Origin: Blastocladiella emersonii ATCC 22665
Taxonomy: Eukaryota > Fungi > Blastocladiomycota
Length of the DNA: 64,000 nucleotides
Assembly: GCA_025594325.1 (NCBI GenBank)
Contig: JANHCV010000003.1
Coordinates: 2,232,001 to 2,296,000, forward strand
Reading direction: 5' to 3'
Positions 22,290 to 33,851 of this stretch are shown piece by piece. Every line of letters begins with the position of its first letter. The stretch's first letter is position 1. The position numbers and the translations under genes are program-made. The notes under the pieces were generated by a model that searched no databases, was not told where the DNA came from, and saw only the letters and a list, made by a program, of their open reading frames with translations.

Positions 22290-25200
22290 ATGGCTGGCTT
22301 CGTGCCTGGGGGCCTCACCCCGGTGCCCACACCATCCCCCGGCCCCGGCGGCATGCGACCGCCCTCCGCGCTGCGCGTCGCCACGGGCGGCATCTCGGCC
22401 GTGGCCCTGATCGCGTCGTCGGGCGCCGGCGCGGGCGGCGGCATGCCCGGCACCCCGACCGTCGGCACCAACGCCGAGGGCTCGCTGTACCACCAGTGCG
22501 CGTCGGTCCTCGAGCGGCTCGGCGCGATCCCGAGCTTCGCGGGGTACCTCGAGTACGCCGCCAACGCCATCTCGAGCGCGTCCAACGGCCAGTCTGCCGT
22601 GGTCTCGGTGCCCGTGCTCGCCGGCACCTCGCTGATCGGCGACATGGCCAAGGGCGACCCCGTCACGCTGCTGTGGACCACGCTGCGCGTCGGCGAGCCG
22701 CTCGCCTTCCTCTACAACATGGCGCTGCCCGACCACGCCGTCGACCTCGCCTCCGGCAAGCACGCGACGCAGGCCGGCCAGTTCCCGCCGCCCGAAAAGG
22801 GCGGGAAACACACCACGCCCAGCCCCATGTTCCTCACCGCGGCGCTCGGCACGCTCAACTCGATGAAGGCCCAGGTCTACCACAGCATCGTCGGCATGCG
22901 CACGCACCACGCCGCGCTCGGGCTCAACGTCGACGCCGACCTGTTCACCATCGGCGAGCTGTACCAGGACGACACCTCCGGGTTCCTCAAGGTCCTCAAG
23001 ACCCTGCGCCTCGTCCTCGAACGCCTCGAACGCATGGGCCGCATCCCGCCCGCCTCGCAACTCCCCGCCCACGTCGAGCCCATGTCTGCCACCACCCTCA
23101 TGCGCCGCCGATCCACCCTCACCGCGCGCCGGTCCGCCGCCGGGTCGTCGCGCCCGTCCATGGCCTCGTCCGACGAGCTCGCCGGCGACGCCGCGTCCAC
23201 GTACAGCGCCGAGTTTGGCGCTCTCGCGGCCGCGGCGACGGCCGCAGCGGCAGCAGCGGCGGGCGACGACCCAAATAGTAACGGCGGCGCGCACCGCGAC
23301 GAAAGCGGCGGCGACGAGGCGTCGCCCGCCGACACGGTCGCGCTGCAGAGCCCCGCGGCGCTGACGCACCGCGAGCGCGTGCTGATCGAGGTGCTGCAGA
23401 CGGAGCGCAAGTACGTGACGGACCTGGAGCGGCTGCAGGAGTACATGCAGCACCTGGCGACCAACAGCGTGCTGCAGCCCGCGGTGCACTCGGCCATCTT
23501 CTCGAACCTCAAGGCGCTCGTCGACTTCCAGCGCCGGTTCCTCGTCGGGCTCGAGACCATCCTCGTGTCGGCGGCGTCGGGCGACGAGCGCATCGGCGTC
23601 CTGTTCGTCTCCCTCGAGCCCATGTTCGCGTCCGTGTACTGCCTGTTCTGCGCCAACTTCAAGCAGGCGTCCGAGACGGCCGTCGAGTACGCGGGCCAGC
23701 TGCAGGTGGCCGCGGCCGTCATGGAGCCCACGCACGAGCTGCCCAGCTACCTCATCAAGCCGATCCAGCGCATCTGCCGGTACCCGCTCCTCCTCAAGGA
23801 GCTGCTCAAGCACACGCCGCGCGACCAGTACGGCGAGCTCGTCGACGACCTGACGGACGGGTTCGAGGCCATCAAGCGCGTCGTCGACGCCGTCAACGAG
23901 GCGCGCCGCATGCACGAGAACCTGCTGGTCAAGGAGGACCTCGAGCGGCGCGTCGAGGACTGGAAGGGCCACGACGTGAACACGTTCGGCAACCTGCTGC
24001 TCCACGACAAGTTTGTGATGATGATCCAGGACTACGAGCGCGAGCTCGTCATCTTTTTGTTCGAGAAGATCATCCTGTGCTGCAAGGAGACGGTGGCTGC
24101 GAAATCGTCCACGTCCACCGCCGCCACCCTCCTCAAGCGCAAGTCCCGCCGCGCCACCAACGCGCAGGCCGCGGGCGACGACCTCGTGTACCAGATCAAG
24201 GGCCGCATCTGGATCGGCGGCATCACGGACCTCAACGGCGGCGAGGTCGACGGCAACTGGCTCCTCACCGTGTCGTGGACCTCGCTCACCAAAGTCGAGT
24301 TCTTCACCCTCAAGTGCCGCAACGACGAGCAGTTCCGCCAGTGGATCGCCGCCATCCAGAAGTGCGTTGACGACTCGCGCGAGCGCAGCAGGCTCCGCGC
24401 CCAGTCCCGCCAGCAGCAGCAGGTCCAGCAGCAAATGCAGTACCAGCAGCAGCAGCAACAGCTCCAGTACCAGCAGCAGCAGCAGATCCAGCAGCAGCAG
24501 CAGCAACAAATGCAGTACCAGCAACAGCAGCAGCAGATGCAGTACCAGCGCCAGCAGCACCTGTACCAGTCCGCGGCCGCGGCGCCCGGCACCCCGACCA
24601 TGCCGTTCGTCCAGCTGCCCGCGTACACGACGATCCCGGCGTCGGCACCCGGCAGCTACGCCGACGACGGCACGCCGCTCGGCGACGACGACGACGACGC
24701 CCGGTCGTTTATCGCCGCCGACGAGGACGACGAGTACCACCGCCAGCAGCAGCACGCGTACCAGCAGCGGTACAACAACAACAACGACCCCGGGTACTAC
24801 GACCAACAGCCGCCGCTCGCGTACCGCCCGCCGCCGCACTACAACGACCCGAACGCCGCGCGCCACGCCATGTTCCGGTCGCAGTCCACGCAGGGGCTCG
24901 ACGCTCACATGGCCGAGCTCGCCCTGCACGCGCGCGGCGAGGAGGTCCCGCAGGACATGTACGAGCGCCGCGAGCGCGACCGCGACCGCGACCGTGACCG
25001 CGCGTACGCTCCGCCGCCGCTGCAGCGGTTCGCGTCGGCGCCGCCCAACCAGCAACCGCCGTTTGACACGCCGCTGCGCACCGGGTCCGCCGATATCCAC
25101 GGCGGCCGCCCGCCCGCGCCGCACCCGCCGCCGACGGGCCCGCTCCCGCCACCCGGCACCCGGCCGTCGCGGTCGCAGTCGCGCGACCCGCTCCGCCGCC

Positions 25201-27014
25201 GCGCACCCTCGGTCCCGCGCATGATGGCAAGGCCCCCGCCCACGCTCCCGCCGCCCGACGCGTCGCTCCCGCCGATCCCGCAGCCGCGCGCCGCCGCGCC
25301 CCAGGGACCGCTGCCCCCGCCGCCTGGATCACAGTCGTCGTCGGCAGCGTCGTCGCCCGCCGTCGGGAACGGCGCCGCTCGCGACTCGGCCGAGTCGACG
25401 ACGCCGCCCGTGTTCCCGCCGCCGCCCGGCAAGCGCCGCAGCAGCCTCGCGTCCATCAACGTTGGTGCTGGGGCTGGCCGGCCCGGTCTCCGCGGCGCCC
25501 CGTCGCCCGGCGGCCTGCACCCGCCCGTGTCCCCCGGCACCGGGTTCATCGGCGGCCCGTCCCCGCCGCCGCCCGCGCCCGTCGGTCTCCCGCCCCCGCC
25601 GCCCGTCCCCTCGCTCCCGGCAGCCTCGCTCCCGCCGCCCCCGCCGCGGATCCGCGCGGCGGCTGTCGCGGTCGGCGCGCCCGACGACGACGACGACGAG
25701 CTGTTTGCCGGCGGCGGCGCGTCCGAGGACGATTTGGGCGTGTCGGAGCTCGGCATGTCGGAGCTCAGCGCCGGCGCGCCCGAGTACGACCCGACGCTGC
25801 TGCTGTCGCCCGACGGGATCCCCCTGCGCACCGTGTCGCGGCCCATTTCCGAGTCGATCGTCAGCAGCCACGTCTCGGACGCGTACGACGACGGCCTTCC
25901 GCCGCCGCCGCGCCGGTCCGACTCGGAGGTCGGCATGAACCCCAACGCGCCCGTGCGAGGGCGTGCCCGGTCGGACGCGGCCCGGTCGGACCTCAGCGTG
26001 TACAGCCGGTCGGACCTCAGCATGGGCGCCGAGCGCGGGACCCCGACGCCGTCGACAGTGTCGATCCCCGAACACCCCGCCATGGCCGCGGCCCGCGAAC
26101 GGTCCCGGTCCCGGTCGCGCTCCCGCGCACGCTCGCGGTCGCGGTCCCGGTCCCGTGCGCCCATGGCCGTCTCGGCTACCGCGGCCCCTGGCGACGATGA
26201 CAGCGAGCTCCCGCCCGAGATGCCCAACCCCGACGAGATCCCCGCCGTCGTCGCGGCGGCTGTGTCGGCCGGGTCGGTCGTCGGGATCGTGGTCGAGGAG
26301 CCCGCTGCGGCACCGGAACCCGAGCCCGAGGTCCAGGCCGAGGAGCCCGAGCCAGTAGCACCCGCGCCCGCGCAGCCCGCGCAGGACGAGGTGCCGCGCA
26401 CGCCGACGCCGACGCAGCGGCACACGTACAGCGCGGGCTCGGGCTCGTCGTCCTTGACGCCGAACGCGGCAACGGGCTCGTTCCCGTCGCGCCACGTGTC
26501 GCTCGGCCCGCCCGCCGCCACGCCGCTCCCGCCCATGCCGGCGCCATCGACGCCGCCGCCGGGCGCGCGGTCGAGCCACGCGCCGCAGCAGCTCGCGCTC
26601 AACACGGCGTCGCCGCTGCGGCCCTCCTCGTCGTCGTCGCCGCGGTCGCCGTACCGCACGGTGCCCTCGTCGCCCAGCGTGCCGACGGGCACCACGTCGA
26701 CCAACCCGCTCACGGTCGAAGTCGTCAAGTGCCGCGTGTACCACGGCGGACACGTGTACGTGCTGCTCCTGCCGCGCGGGGTGTCGTCGGCGGGGCTCGT
26801 GGCGCAGGTCAAGCGCAAGATCGGGCGGCCTGCGGGCTCCGAGGTGCGCATCAAGTACGAGGACGACGAGGGCGACTTCGTCCTGCTCCAGGACGACGCC
26901 GACGTCAATCTCGCCATGGATACCGCGTGGCTCCACGCGCGCAAGACGGCGTCCGCCGCGCAGAGCCTCGCGTCGTCGCCCGCGGTGCTTAACTTGTTTG
27001 TGTTTGATGTCTAG
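22290..27014 (+). CDS. CDC24: Cdc24/Scd1-type Rho (Cdc42) GEF: CH-like, DH, PH, long Q/P-rich linker, C-terminal PB1 (~1574 aa, apparently intronless)
   Basis: SLYHQC...DPVTLLW...GEPLAFLYN (CH-like domain); VLIEVLQTERKYVTDLERLQ and LPSYLIKPIQRICRYPLLLKELLK (DH); FGNLLLHDKF...IFLFEKIILCCKE (PH); VRIKYEDDEGDFVLLQDDADV (PB1 OPCA motif). Start placed at ATG 22290, where coding-type codon bias begins. Confidence 0.92.
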   Translation: MAGFVPGGLTPVPTPSPGPGGMRPPSALRVATGGISAVALIASSGAGAGGGMPGTPTVGTNAEGSLYHQCASVLERLGAIPSFAGYLEYAANAISSASNGQSAVVSVPVLAGTSLIGDMAKGDPVTLLWTTLRVGEPLAFLYNMALPDHAVDLASGKHATQAGQFPPPEKGGKHTTPSPMFLTAALGTLNSMKAQVYHSIVGMRTHHAALGLNVDADLFTIGELYQDDTSGFLKVLKTLRLVLERLERMGRIPPASQLPAHVEPMSATTLMRRRSTLTARRSAAGSSRPSMASSDELAGDAASTYSAEFGALAAAATAAAAAAAGDDPNSNGGAHRDESGGDEASPADTVALQSPAALTHRERVLIEVLQTERKYVTDLERLQEYMQHLATNSVLQPAVHSAIFSNLKALVDFQRRFLVGLETILVSAASGDERIGVLFVSLEPMFASVYCLFCANFKQASETAVEYAGQLQVAAAVMEPTHELPSYLIKPIQRICRYPLLLKELLKHTPRDQYGELVDDLTDGFEAIKRVVDAVNEARRMHENLLVKEDLERRVEDWKGHDVNTFGNLLLHDKFVMMIQDYERELVIFLFEKIILCCKETVAAKSSTSTAATLLKRKSRRATNAQAAGDDLVYQIKGRIWIGGITDLNGGEVDGNWLLTVSWTSLTKVEFFTLKCRNDEQFRQWIAAIQKCVDDSRERSRLRAQSRQQQQVQQQMQYQQQQQQLQYQQQQQIQQQQQQQMQYQQQQQQMQYQRQQHLYQSAAAAPGTPTMPFVQLPAYTTIPASAPGSYADDGTPLGDDDDDARSFIAADEDDEYHRQQQHAYQQRYNNNNDPGYYDQQPPLAYRPPPHYNDPNAARHAMFRSQSTQGLDAHMAELALHARGEEVPQDMYERRERDRDRDRDRAYAPPPLQRFASAPPNQQPPFDTPLRTGSADIHGGRPPAPHPPPTGPLPPPGTRPSRSQSRDPLRRRAPSVPRMMARPPPTLPPPDASLPPIPQPRAAAPQGPLPPPPGSQSSSAASSPAVGNGAARDSAESTTPPVFPPPPGKRRSSLASINVGAGAGRPGLRGAPSPGGLHPPVSPGTGFIGGPSPPPPAPVGLPPPPPVPSLPAASLPPPPPRIRAAAVAVGAPDDDDDELFAGGGASEDDLGVSELGMSELSAGAPEYDPTLLLSPDGIPLRTVSRPISESIVSSHVSDAYDDGLPPPPRRSDSEVGMNPNAPVRGRARSDAARSDLSVYSRSDLSMGAERGTPTPSTVSIPEHPAMAAARERSRSRSRSRARSRSRSRSRAPMAVSATAAPGDDDSELPPEMPNPDEIPAVVAAAVSAGSVVGIVVEEPAAAPEPEPEVQAEEPEPVAPAPAQPAQDEVPRTPTPTQRHTYSAGSGSSSLTPNAATGSFPSRHVSLGPPAATPLPPMPAPSTPPPGARSSHAPQQLALNTASPLRPSSSSSPRSPYRTVPSSPSVPTGTTSTNPLTVEVVKCRVYHGGHVYVLLLPRGVSSAGLVAQVKRKIGRPAGSEVRIKYEDDEGDFVLLQDDADVNLAMDTAWLHARKTASAAQSLASSPAVLNLFVFDV
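24411..24560 (+). repeat. CAG/CAA-rich poly-glutamine tract inside CDC24
   Basis: Runs of CAG encoding QQQQVQQQMQYQQQQQQLQYQQQQ... Confidence 0.9.
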
Positions 27015-27459
27015 CGTGGGAGAGGGAGGGATACATCTTTTTGTGGATTTTTTTTTTGTTGAAACGGCGTGTCGGACGTGGCGAAGTGGTCGCTGCGACA
27101 TGAGCGGCGCGTCGACTCCCGCCCTCGCAGCTCCCCTCGGTGCGCGCGCGGGACCGGCCATGCGATGCCGCCCGCGCGCCATGTATCACTACACTCCATG
27201 CATTACGAAACGCACAGGCTAAATTGCTTCTGGCGGCCGTGTGGCAGGCCCACTGCGCCGGCGCACGTCTTGCTGGGAATCGCGGTCGCAAACGAGTCCT
27301 TTTTTGTCTCGGCCTTGGTGTCATGTCACCTCGTCGGAACCGCCGTGCATTCAAGCCGTCGAGCAGCAGTCACCGGTACGAGTCGACACTCGCCGAGAAA
27401 TGGCCACGTCGCACTCACTTCGCTGGCTCGGCTTAGAGTGTCGTTGCGACAACGTGCGA

Positions 27460-28714
27460 GAACAAACCTACCAGCCGAGATCAACGTCTCCGCAATGCTG
27501 GCCCAGGTCAGCGGCTTCGGATTCTACTGGATCCTTAGCCACTCCCAGTCACCTTAGCGCGGCTTGCTACACAGACGCCCTGGGGTTCATCCACCCGAAG
27601 CTGCGCATTGCCCACGAACTACCGGTGCGCATCTCGGGCCTACTTGACGGCCACTTCGACAGAATGACGACTGCATCATGACGTGCTGGAGGCCTCGATC
27701 GCCGCTCGAGTCCACCGTGCCACTAGTCTACACCTTTCGTTGTCATCTCCCGGGGCTCTTGATCAAGCACAACGGTACCATGACATCCTCGCGCTCTATG
27801 CCGAGCGTGCGCTTGACATGCTTTCCAACATGCGGGCCGTCGTGGTCCCAAGAGTGCGTCTTCTTTTGCACACAAAAACACACGCGCTTCGGCTGATCCT
27901 CACCCGCACCGTTCTTAGCTGCCGCGGAGCCCATCATCCAGCTCGGTTCACGGTCTCGCGAACGCGTCGATGCCCGCGCTCGCAATGTCTACTCGCTTGT
28001 CCGCACGCCCGTCTGTCCCGCTCTCTATGCGCACTCGACGTGCCCTGATAACCCGAGCGGGAGATCCGGGGGGGGGCGCAGTGGTGACCGAGAACGGGTT
28101 CATCGAGGCGCGTGCGGGAGGCCGTGGATCGCAATGGTTTGGGTTCCGAGTCGGTCGAGCGCGTCCTGCTGGGTGTGGTTGTCGTGCGGGGTTCGTGGCG
28201 CAGAATGTTATAGATGCGATATTGTGCAAAATCTGGGTCTTGAGTCGTTCAGCATTCCCGTTTAAGTCGTACAAGAGCGCTGTCTCGCGCGCGGTGCCGC
28301 CCGTTTGTCTCACGCGTTTCGATATCACGCCACCGTCACCTGACCGACCCGCGGTGGCGCAGCGCGTTTGCGCTCGCCACCGCGAGCGTCAGCGCTCCGA
28401 CGTTGGTTCCTCGTGAGGTCGTGAGTCTACCCTGCATTCCAAGTCATCTCCACAGTACTTGGGCGACTTCGCGCGCTCCTGGACAAGGACGCGGAGGACG
28501 CGCTGGCCGCCCGAAGGCCGAAGCTGGACTCGTCGTCGCGGACCTTGACCTCGACTTCACGGCCAAGGCGCTCCATGGAGTCGTGTCGTCGTACCCGCGC
28601 CGAAACGCGTTCAGGCGCGCGGTCGCCAAGAAGAAGCGTCGCCCGCGTGCCATCACCACACGATCACTCGAAGCGGGCCACGGCGCAGTACAGCAGTCTC
28701 CGTGGGATGAATAG
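27460..28714 (+). pseudogene. Possible decayed coding relic of unknown family
   Basis: Short GC3-rich, protein-like segments in shifting frames: LPAEINVSAMLAQVSGFGFYWIL; DALGFIHPKLRIAHELPVRISGLLDGHFD; YHDILALYAERALDMLSNMR; RALLDKDAEDALAA; GLVVADLDLDFTAKALHGVV. They are interrupted by stops and intron-like GTGCGT/GTGAGT...CAG signals. Confidence 0.3.
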
Positions 28715-29792
28715 CAGATGCTCGCATCCTTGGACGCGGACAGACCCGTTGAGCGAGCCGGTCGTAGGCAGCTGCGCACGTCGCCTCGGACGCTCAGCGC
28801 GCGCGCTGCGCGAGAGTCGAAGGAGAGCCGGCCGGCTTGCCTAGAGAACGCGATCGCTTCCGCCGCTCTCGTCCCGTTGCGACCAGCGGGCGAGCGAACC
28901 TCACGGCCACGATTGCCAAGTGGAGCCAGAGCAGGCAGGCCGGCCGTCGTCGCGTCACGAAGAGCCGTCCTGAGCTCACGCCGACGTAGCGCCATCGTGG
29001 CGGCGGACGGGCCAATCAGGTCACCGTGTGGCGTCGGCGGCGGCGGCGTTCGCTGCTGCTGCTCCTCCAGCTGCTCCTCCTCTCCCCTCGCTTGCACGAG
29101 GCAAGCAAGCGGCGACGAACGAACGACGTCACCGACGACGCGTGCCGCCCGCTCGCTCGTTGGCAACGACCACGACGACGACGAGGGTTCTCGATCCGCC
29201 GCCACCTCCCTCTCCCTTCTCTCCCCGCACTCCTCGGAGACGGCGACGCCACCACCACCACGAAGCTCACGCAACGCGAACGGACCCTGACGACGAGGCG
29301 AATGCCCGCGCGCGCATGGAATCGCGGATCGCCACCTCGACGTCTCAGCCGATCCCTCCTGCCCTCGCCTCCCTACACGACGACGACGACGGCGACGACG
29401 CTGTCCTCCGACCGCGACGGCAGACCGACGCGACCGACGCGACCGACGCCGTGTCTCGGTCCTCCCGTGTGTGTGCGCGGTATGTGATCTGCCACCACCG
29501 CCCCTCGCAGCAGCGACGACGGCGGCGACGTGCAGCGGAAGCAGTCGCCAGGCTTCAGCCGGTCGAGATCTGGGGCGCCGCTCGCCGCGATCGATTCCAA
29601 ACGTGGCGTTCGTTCGCGACGCTCGCTCGTTCCACCTGCCCGCCGACCGCCGCGGTGGATGACCCTGAGCTGCTGTCGCCGCTGTCCCTACTACCGAGGG
29701 CGCCCGTGCTGACGACGGCCACGACTCGGCGCACCGGCGTGTAGCTCCCTCGCTCGCCCGCCCGCCCACGCCGTGATTGATCCCCGGCCGTC

Positions 29793-32700
29793 ATGACGCC
29801 GCCGCCGCCACCGCCAGCACACCCTCCCGCCGTCCGCACCTCCTCCTCCTCTTCTACAGCACACGTCGCGGGCGACCCGACCCGCCGCCACGCGAGCCCT
29901 CCACGGCGGTCCCAGTCGACCTCGCGCCGCGCCACCTCCACGTCGCGCCCGCCTCACTCGTCGGCCTCTGCGACCACGGCAGGCCAGCGTAGTCGTGACC
30001 CGCCGCCGCTTCCTGCAACGCCACTGAGCCCGTCCTTCAGCACCGCCGCGAGCGACTCGGCCACCAGCATGACGTCCGTCTCCGACGCCTCCTCTTCGGC
30101 CGGCGTCCCTGCGACCGCCGTCGGCGCGCGCGTCGTACGTTCATTCTCCGCCCTCGGGAACGGGGGGATTCGTCAGCATCGCGACGTGCAAGGCTAACCT
30201 TGGCGCGCGCGGCGGCTATCTTTAGGGAATCAAACGCGTCTCGTCCACGGCATCGGCCACCGCGCAGCCGCCACCATCGCCGACCGTCGCGACCGCCGCG
30301 GCGAGGGCGGGACCCGCGATGCGGCACAGCATCATGGGCCCATCGCCGCCGTCGCGCACCGCGTCTACGGCGTCCGTCGGATCGACTCGAACACCTTCTG
30401 CACCGGGCACGCCGCGCCGCGCACCGTCTGCGTCGCGCCGACCCGCTTCGTACATGGTGCCCACTACCGCGTCCTCTGCTGCCGCTGCTGCGCCGACTTC
30501 GCCGACGCCGGCTCGGTCAAAGTCCCGATCCGGGCTGCGCGACTCAAGCTACCACGCGCCCGCCGGTGGCGCGCCACCGGTCCCAACCGCTTCGGGCCAG
30601 TCGCGCGCGCACCCCGCCTCTTCCGCCGCGGCGTCGACCCGGCTACGCACCGCAAGCACCCGCGGGACTGCGACCCCGCTCGCCTCGTCCTCCACCTCGT
30701 CGCTGCGGTCGACGCCGCACGGCACTCCGCCGGCGTCGACGCCCGGATCGCCGACACCTGGCGGCAGCACGTGGTCCAGCACACCCGCTTCCACCTCCGC
30801 ATCGTCGCTCGCCGCCGACTACCCGTGCCCGGACTGCCGCGCCCACTACACGGCGCGCGCCACGTCGGGCACCCTGGGCCCGTCGCCCGCGGCCAACGCG
30901 GCGCTCGCCAACAACCCCAAGGTGTTCCGCCACCTGCTCGACCTCCAGATCACCAACGACACGCTCACCGTGCTCAACGCCGACCTCGAGACCACGGTTG
31001 CGCGCCAGGCCGAGTTTATCGCGCAGCTCCAGGCCCACGCCGCGCGGCTCGCGGCGCAGGTCCGCGCTGGGGCCAACGGCGCCGCGGGGAGTGACGGCGA
31101 GGGCGGCGTGTCGCGCGTGATCCCGCCGCCGCCATTGTCGTCCGAGGACCTTCGGCGGGCCCATGACGACGAGGATGAGTGCGCCGAGTCCGAGGTGTGG
31201 ATCCCCGTCCTCGACCCGGCCGCGCACTCCGCGCACGCCCACCCCGCGTCCGTCCCGCACGGCTGGTACGAGCCCGTGTCCGAGGACAAGATCCAGGACC
31301 ACAACGTCCTCCTCCTGCGCATGTGCGACCGCACCCACCGCATGCTGTACGAGGGCCAGCGCGCGCTCAACCAGAAGCGCGGGGATATGGCGACCGTCGA
31401 GCTCCCCGACGATGACGAGGAGGGGCGTGGGGAGGAGGAGACGGTCGATCTCGACGATGGCGAGGTCGAGGATACAGACCCGACGCCGCACGGGTCTGGC
31501 AACACCATCTCGGCGTCGGCGTCGCGGCGTCGACAGTCCCGCCGCAGCCGCGACCTGACGTCCGAGGCCGCTGGCGCGAGCGCGGACGCTGACGGCGAGA
31601 GCGGGGACACCCACGACGACGAGTACGCGAGTGCGAGCGGGAGCGGCAGTGGGAGCAACGCGTCGACGCCGTCGCCCTCGACGCGCCTACTCGACGCCGG
31701 CCACCAGCGCGAGTCGACCTACTCGTCCATCTCGTCGCTCGCGTCCTCGCTCGCATCCCCCGGCCAGCTCCACTCGCTCATCAAGTCGCTCGCGTACCAC
31801 CTGCAGCTCCTCGACGTCGGCGCCGAGCAGCAGCAGCAGCAGCAGGCCGCGGCGGCTGCCGCGCATGCTGCGACCGCGGCTACGCCCGCCGTCATTGTGC
31901 AGCAGCCGACGCCACCTCCGCCACCACCAACAGCCGCGCCGCCAACCTCGCCCGACGCCCCGCGCCAGCGCACCGGGTCGTCCGCGTCGACCGCGAGCTA
32001 CGCGTCGTCGTTCCTGCACGCGTTCGCGTCAGCTGGTCGGTCGCGCAAGCTCAGCACCAACAACACCGCCAGCGCGTCCGTGACCTCGACGGGCATCTCG
32101 CGCGCGCGGTCGCCCTCGCCGCTCGCCCTATCGCGCACGCCTGCGTCCGCGGGTACCGGCATCGGGCTCGGCGCCGTCCTCGATATCGCGGCCTCGACGG
32201 CGGCGCGCCGGCTCGCCGAGCAGCGCATGGTCCTGCAGCGGTGCAAGGACGTGGTCATGGAGCTGTGCTCGTCGCTCGAGGTGCCCATGGACGAGGTCCG
32301 CGAGATGCTCGCCGACGCCCAGATGCATACGGCCGGCGCGGGTGCGCGGTCGCCTACCACGCTCTCCGCCGTGTCCGGGTCCGCGGCGGCGGCAGCGGTG
32401 GCGGCCGCGGCAGCCGCGTCGCACCACCTCCACGCAACGTCGGTGCATGTCGGCGGCGCCGGGAAGCGCGGGTCGTTCGGCACCGTGACCAGCCACTCGA
32501 ACCAGTCGCGGTACTCGGGCATCTCGACGGCCAGCAGCAGCTACCCGTCGACGGTCCGCGGCGGCCCGCGGTCTGCCCTCGGCCGGTCCACGGCGGACGA
32601 CGAGGACGAGATCGATATCATGTCCGACGCCAGCTCGACGCGGTCCAACTACTCGCGGCTCTCGGCGCGCTCGCTGTCCGACGACGGCGAGTCGAACCCG

Positions 32701-33378
32701 TCGACCGTTGGTCCGGGCAACGCCGCGCGGCGCGCTGGCGGCGGCGGTTCCCCAACGTCGGGCGGCCCATCCAACGCGGCTGTCGCGGCCCAGCTCGTCG
32801 GCGGAGTCCCCGTCTACCACTCGGGCCTCTCGCTCGAGGAAAAGTACCGCCTCCACATGCAGGCGCAGGCGAGTATGGTCGACCGCCGGTCCACGCACCA
32901 CCACCGCCGCCACCACGACCCACCCGCCGCCGCCTCCGCTCGCCACCATCATCGGGGTAGCGACCGCTCGGACCCGCCGCTCTCCCCGCCCCTCGACCCC
33001 GCGGCCGCCGCCCGCGCGAGCACCGTCAGCCGCGGGTCGAGCGAGAGCGCCGGGCACGACTCGACCGCGACCGCGCCGCCGATCCTGACGTCGGCCGGCG
33101 GCGGTGGTGGCAGCGGCGGGAGCGTCGTCTCGTCGTCGGGCCGCGCGATCCGCATCAAGGGCCTCGGGCTCGGGTCCGCCGGACGCGGCAACGACGGCGT
33201 GTCCGGGTCCCACTCGGTCCTCGGGCTCACGTCGCCGCCCACGGCAGCGGGCGCGGCGCGCGGCAGCGGCGGGTCCGCGGTCGGTGTACCCGACCACGCT
33301 CCCGCCCAGCAGCAGCAGCAGTCGTCGACGCCGTCGCTCATCCAGCGCGCGATCCGCGTGCGGACGTGGATGGGCTAG
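29793..33378 (+). CDS. Uncharacterised Ser/Ala-rich protein (~1164 aa) with a conserved-looking coiled-coil core; intron 30135-30225
   Basis: ORF 29793-30197 joins ORF 30319-33378 via GTACGT...GCTAAC...TTTAG in phase 0. Core KVFRHLLDLQITNDTLTVLNADLETTVARQ...LRMCDRTHRMLYEGQRAL. Confidence 0.75.
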
Positions 33379-33851
33379 GGCGAGTGTGTTGTTCTCTTTC
33401 GTTTGTTTCGCTCCGTCATGATTCCCCCCACCCAACCCTAAACCTCTGCCGTTTCCTCTCCTGTTTGTCCCGGCGTAGATGCGCCGTATCTCATCATACA
33501 TTTCCCCACCCTTGTACGTTCTCAACTCGAGCAGAGACTGGCCGTCGTGAACCTTGCTTGCCCAGGAAACTGCGCTGCTCAGTCCGTACGGCTTCTGGCT
33601 GTGCGCTGTCGGTCGTTTCGTACACCTCGAGGTGGGCGGAGGAGCCACGGCGGAAATCTTTGACCTGTTGACTGACTGACTGATCGTACCAAGTTGCTGT
33701 CAAGTCGTACAGCATCGGGAACAGCGGAAGCGTACGTGATGGTCGAGGTCATCGACGACGTGATGGGTTTCGATTGAGGTGGCAGGCAGCAAACTCGCCT
33801 CTTCACCGGAGCGACTGGCCGTCCGTCGTCCCTCTCGCACTCGATGAAATC

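Noticed and set aside
28510-28600. EAGLVVADLDLD resembling a nitrilase C-terminal motif
   Set aside because: No Glu-Lys-Cys catalytic segments nearby; kept only as part of the unassigned relic.
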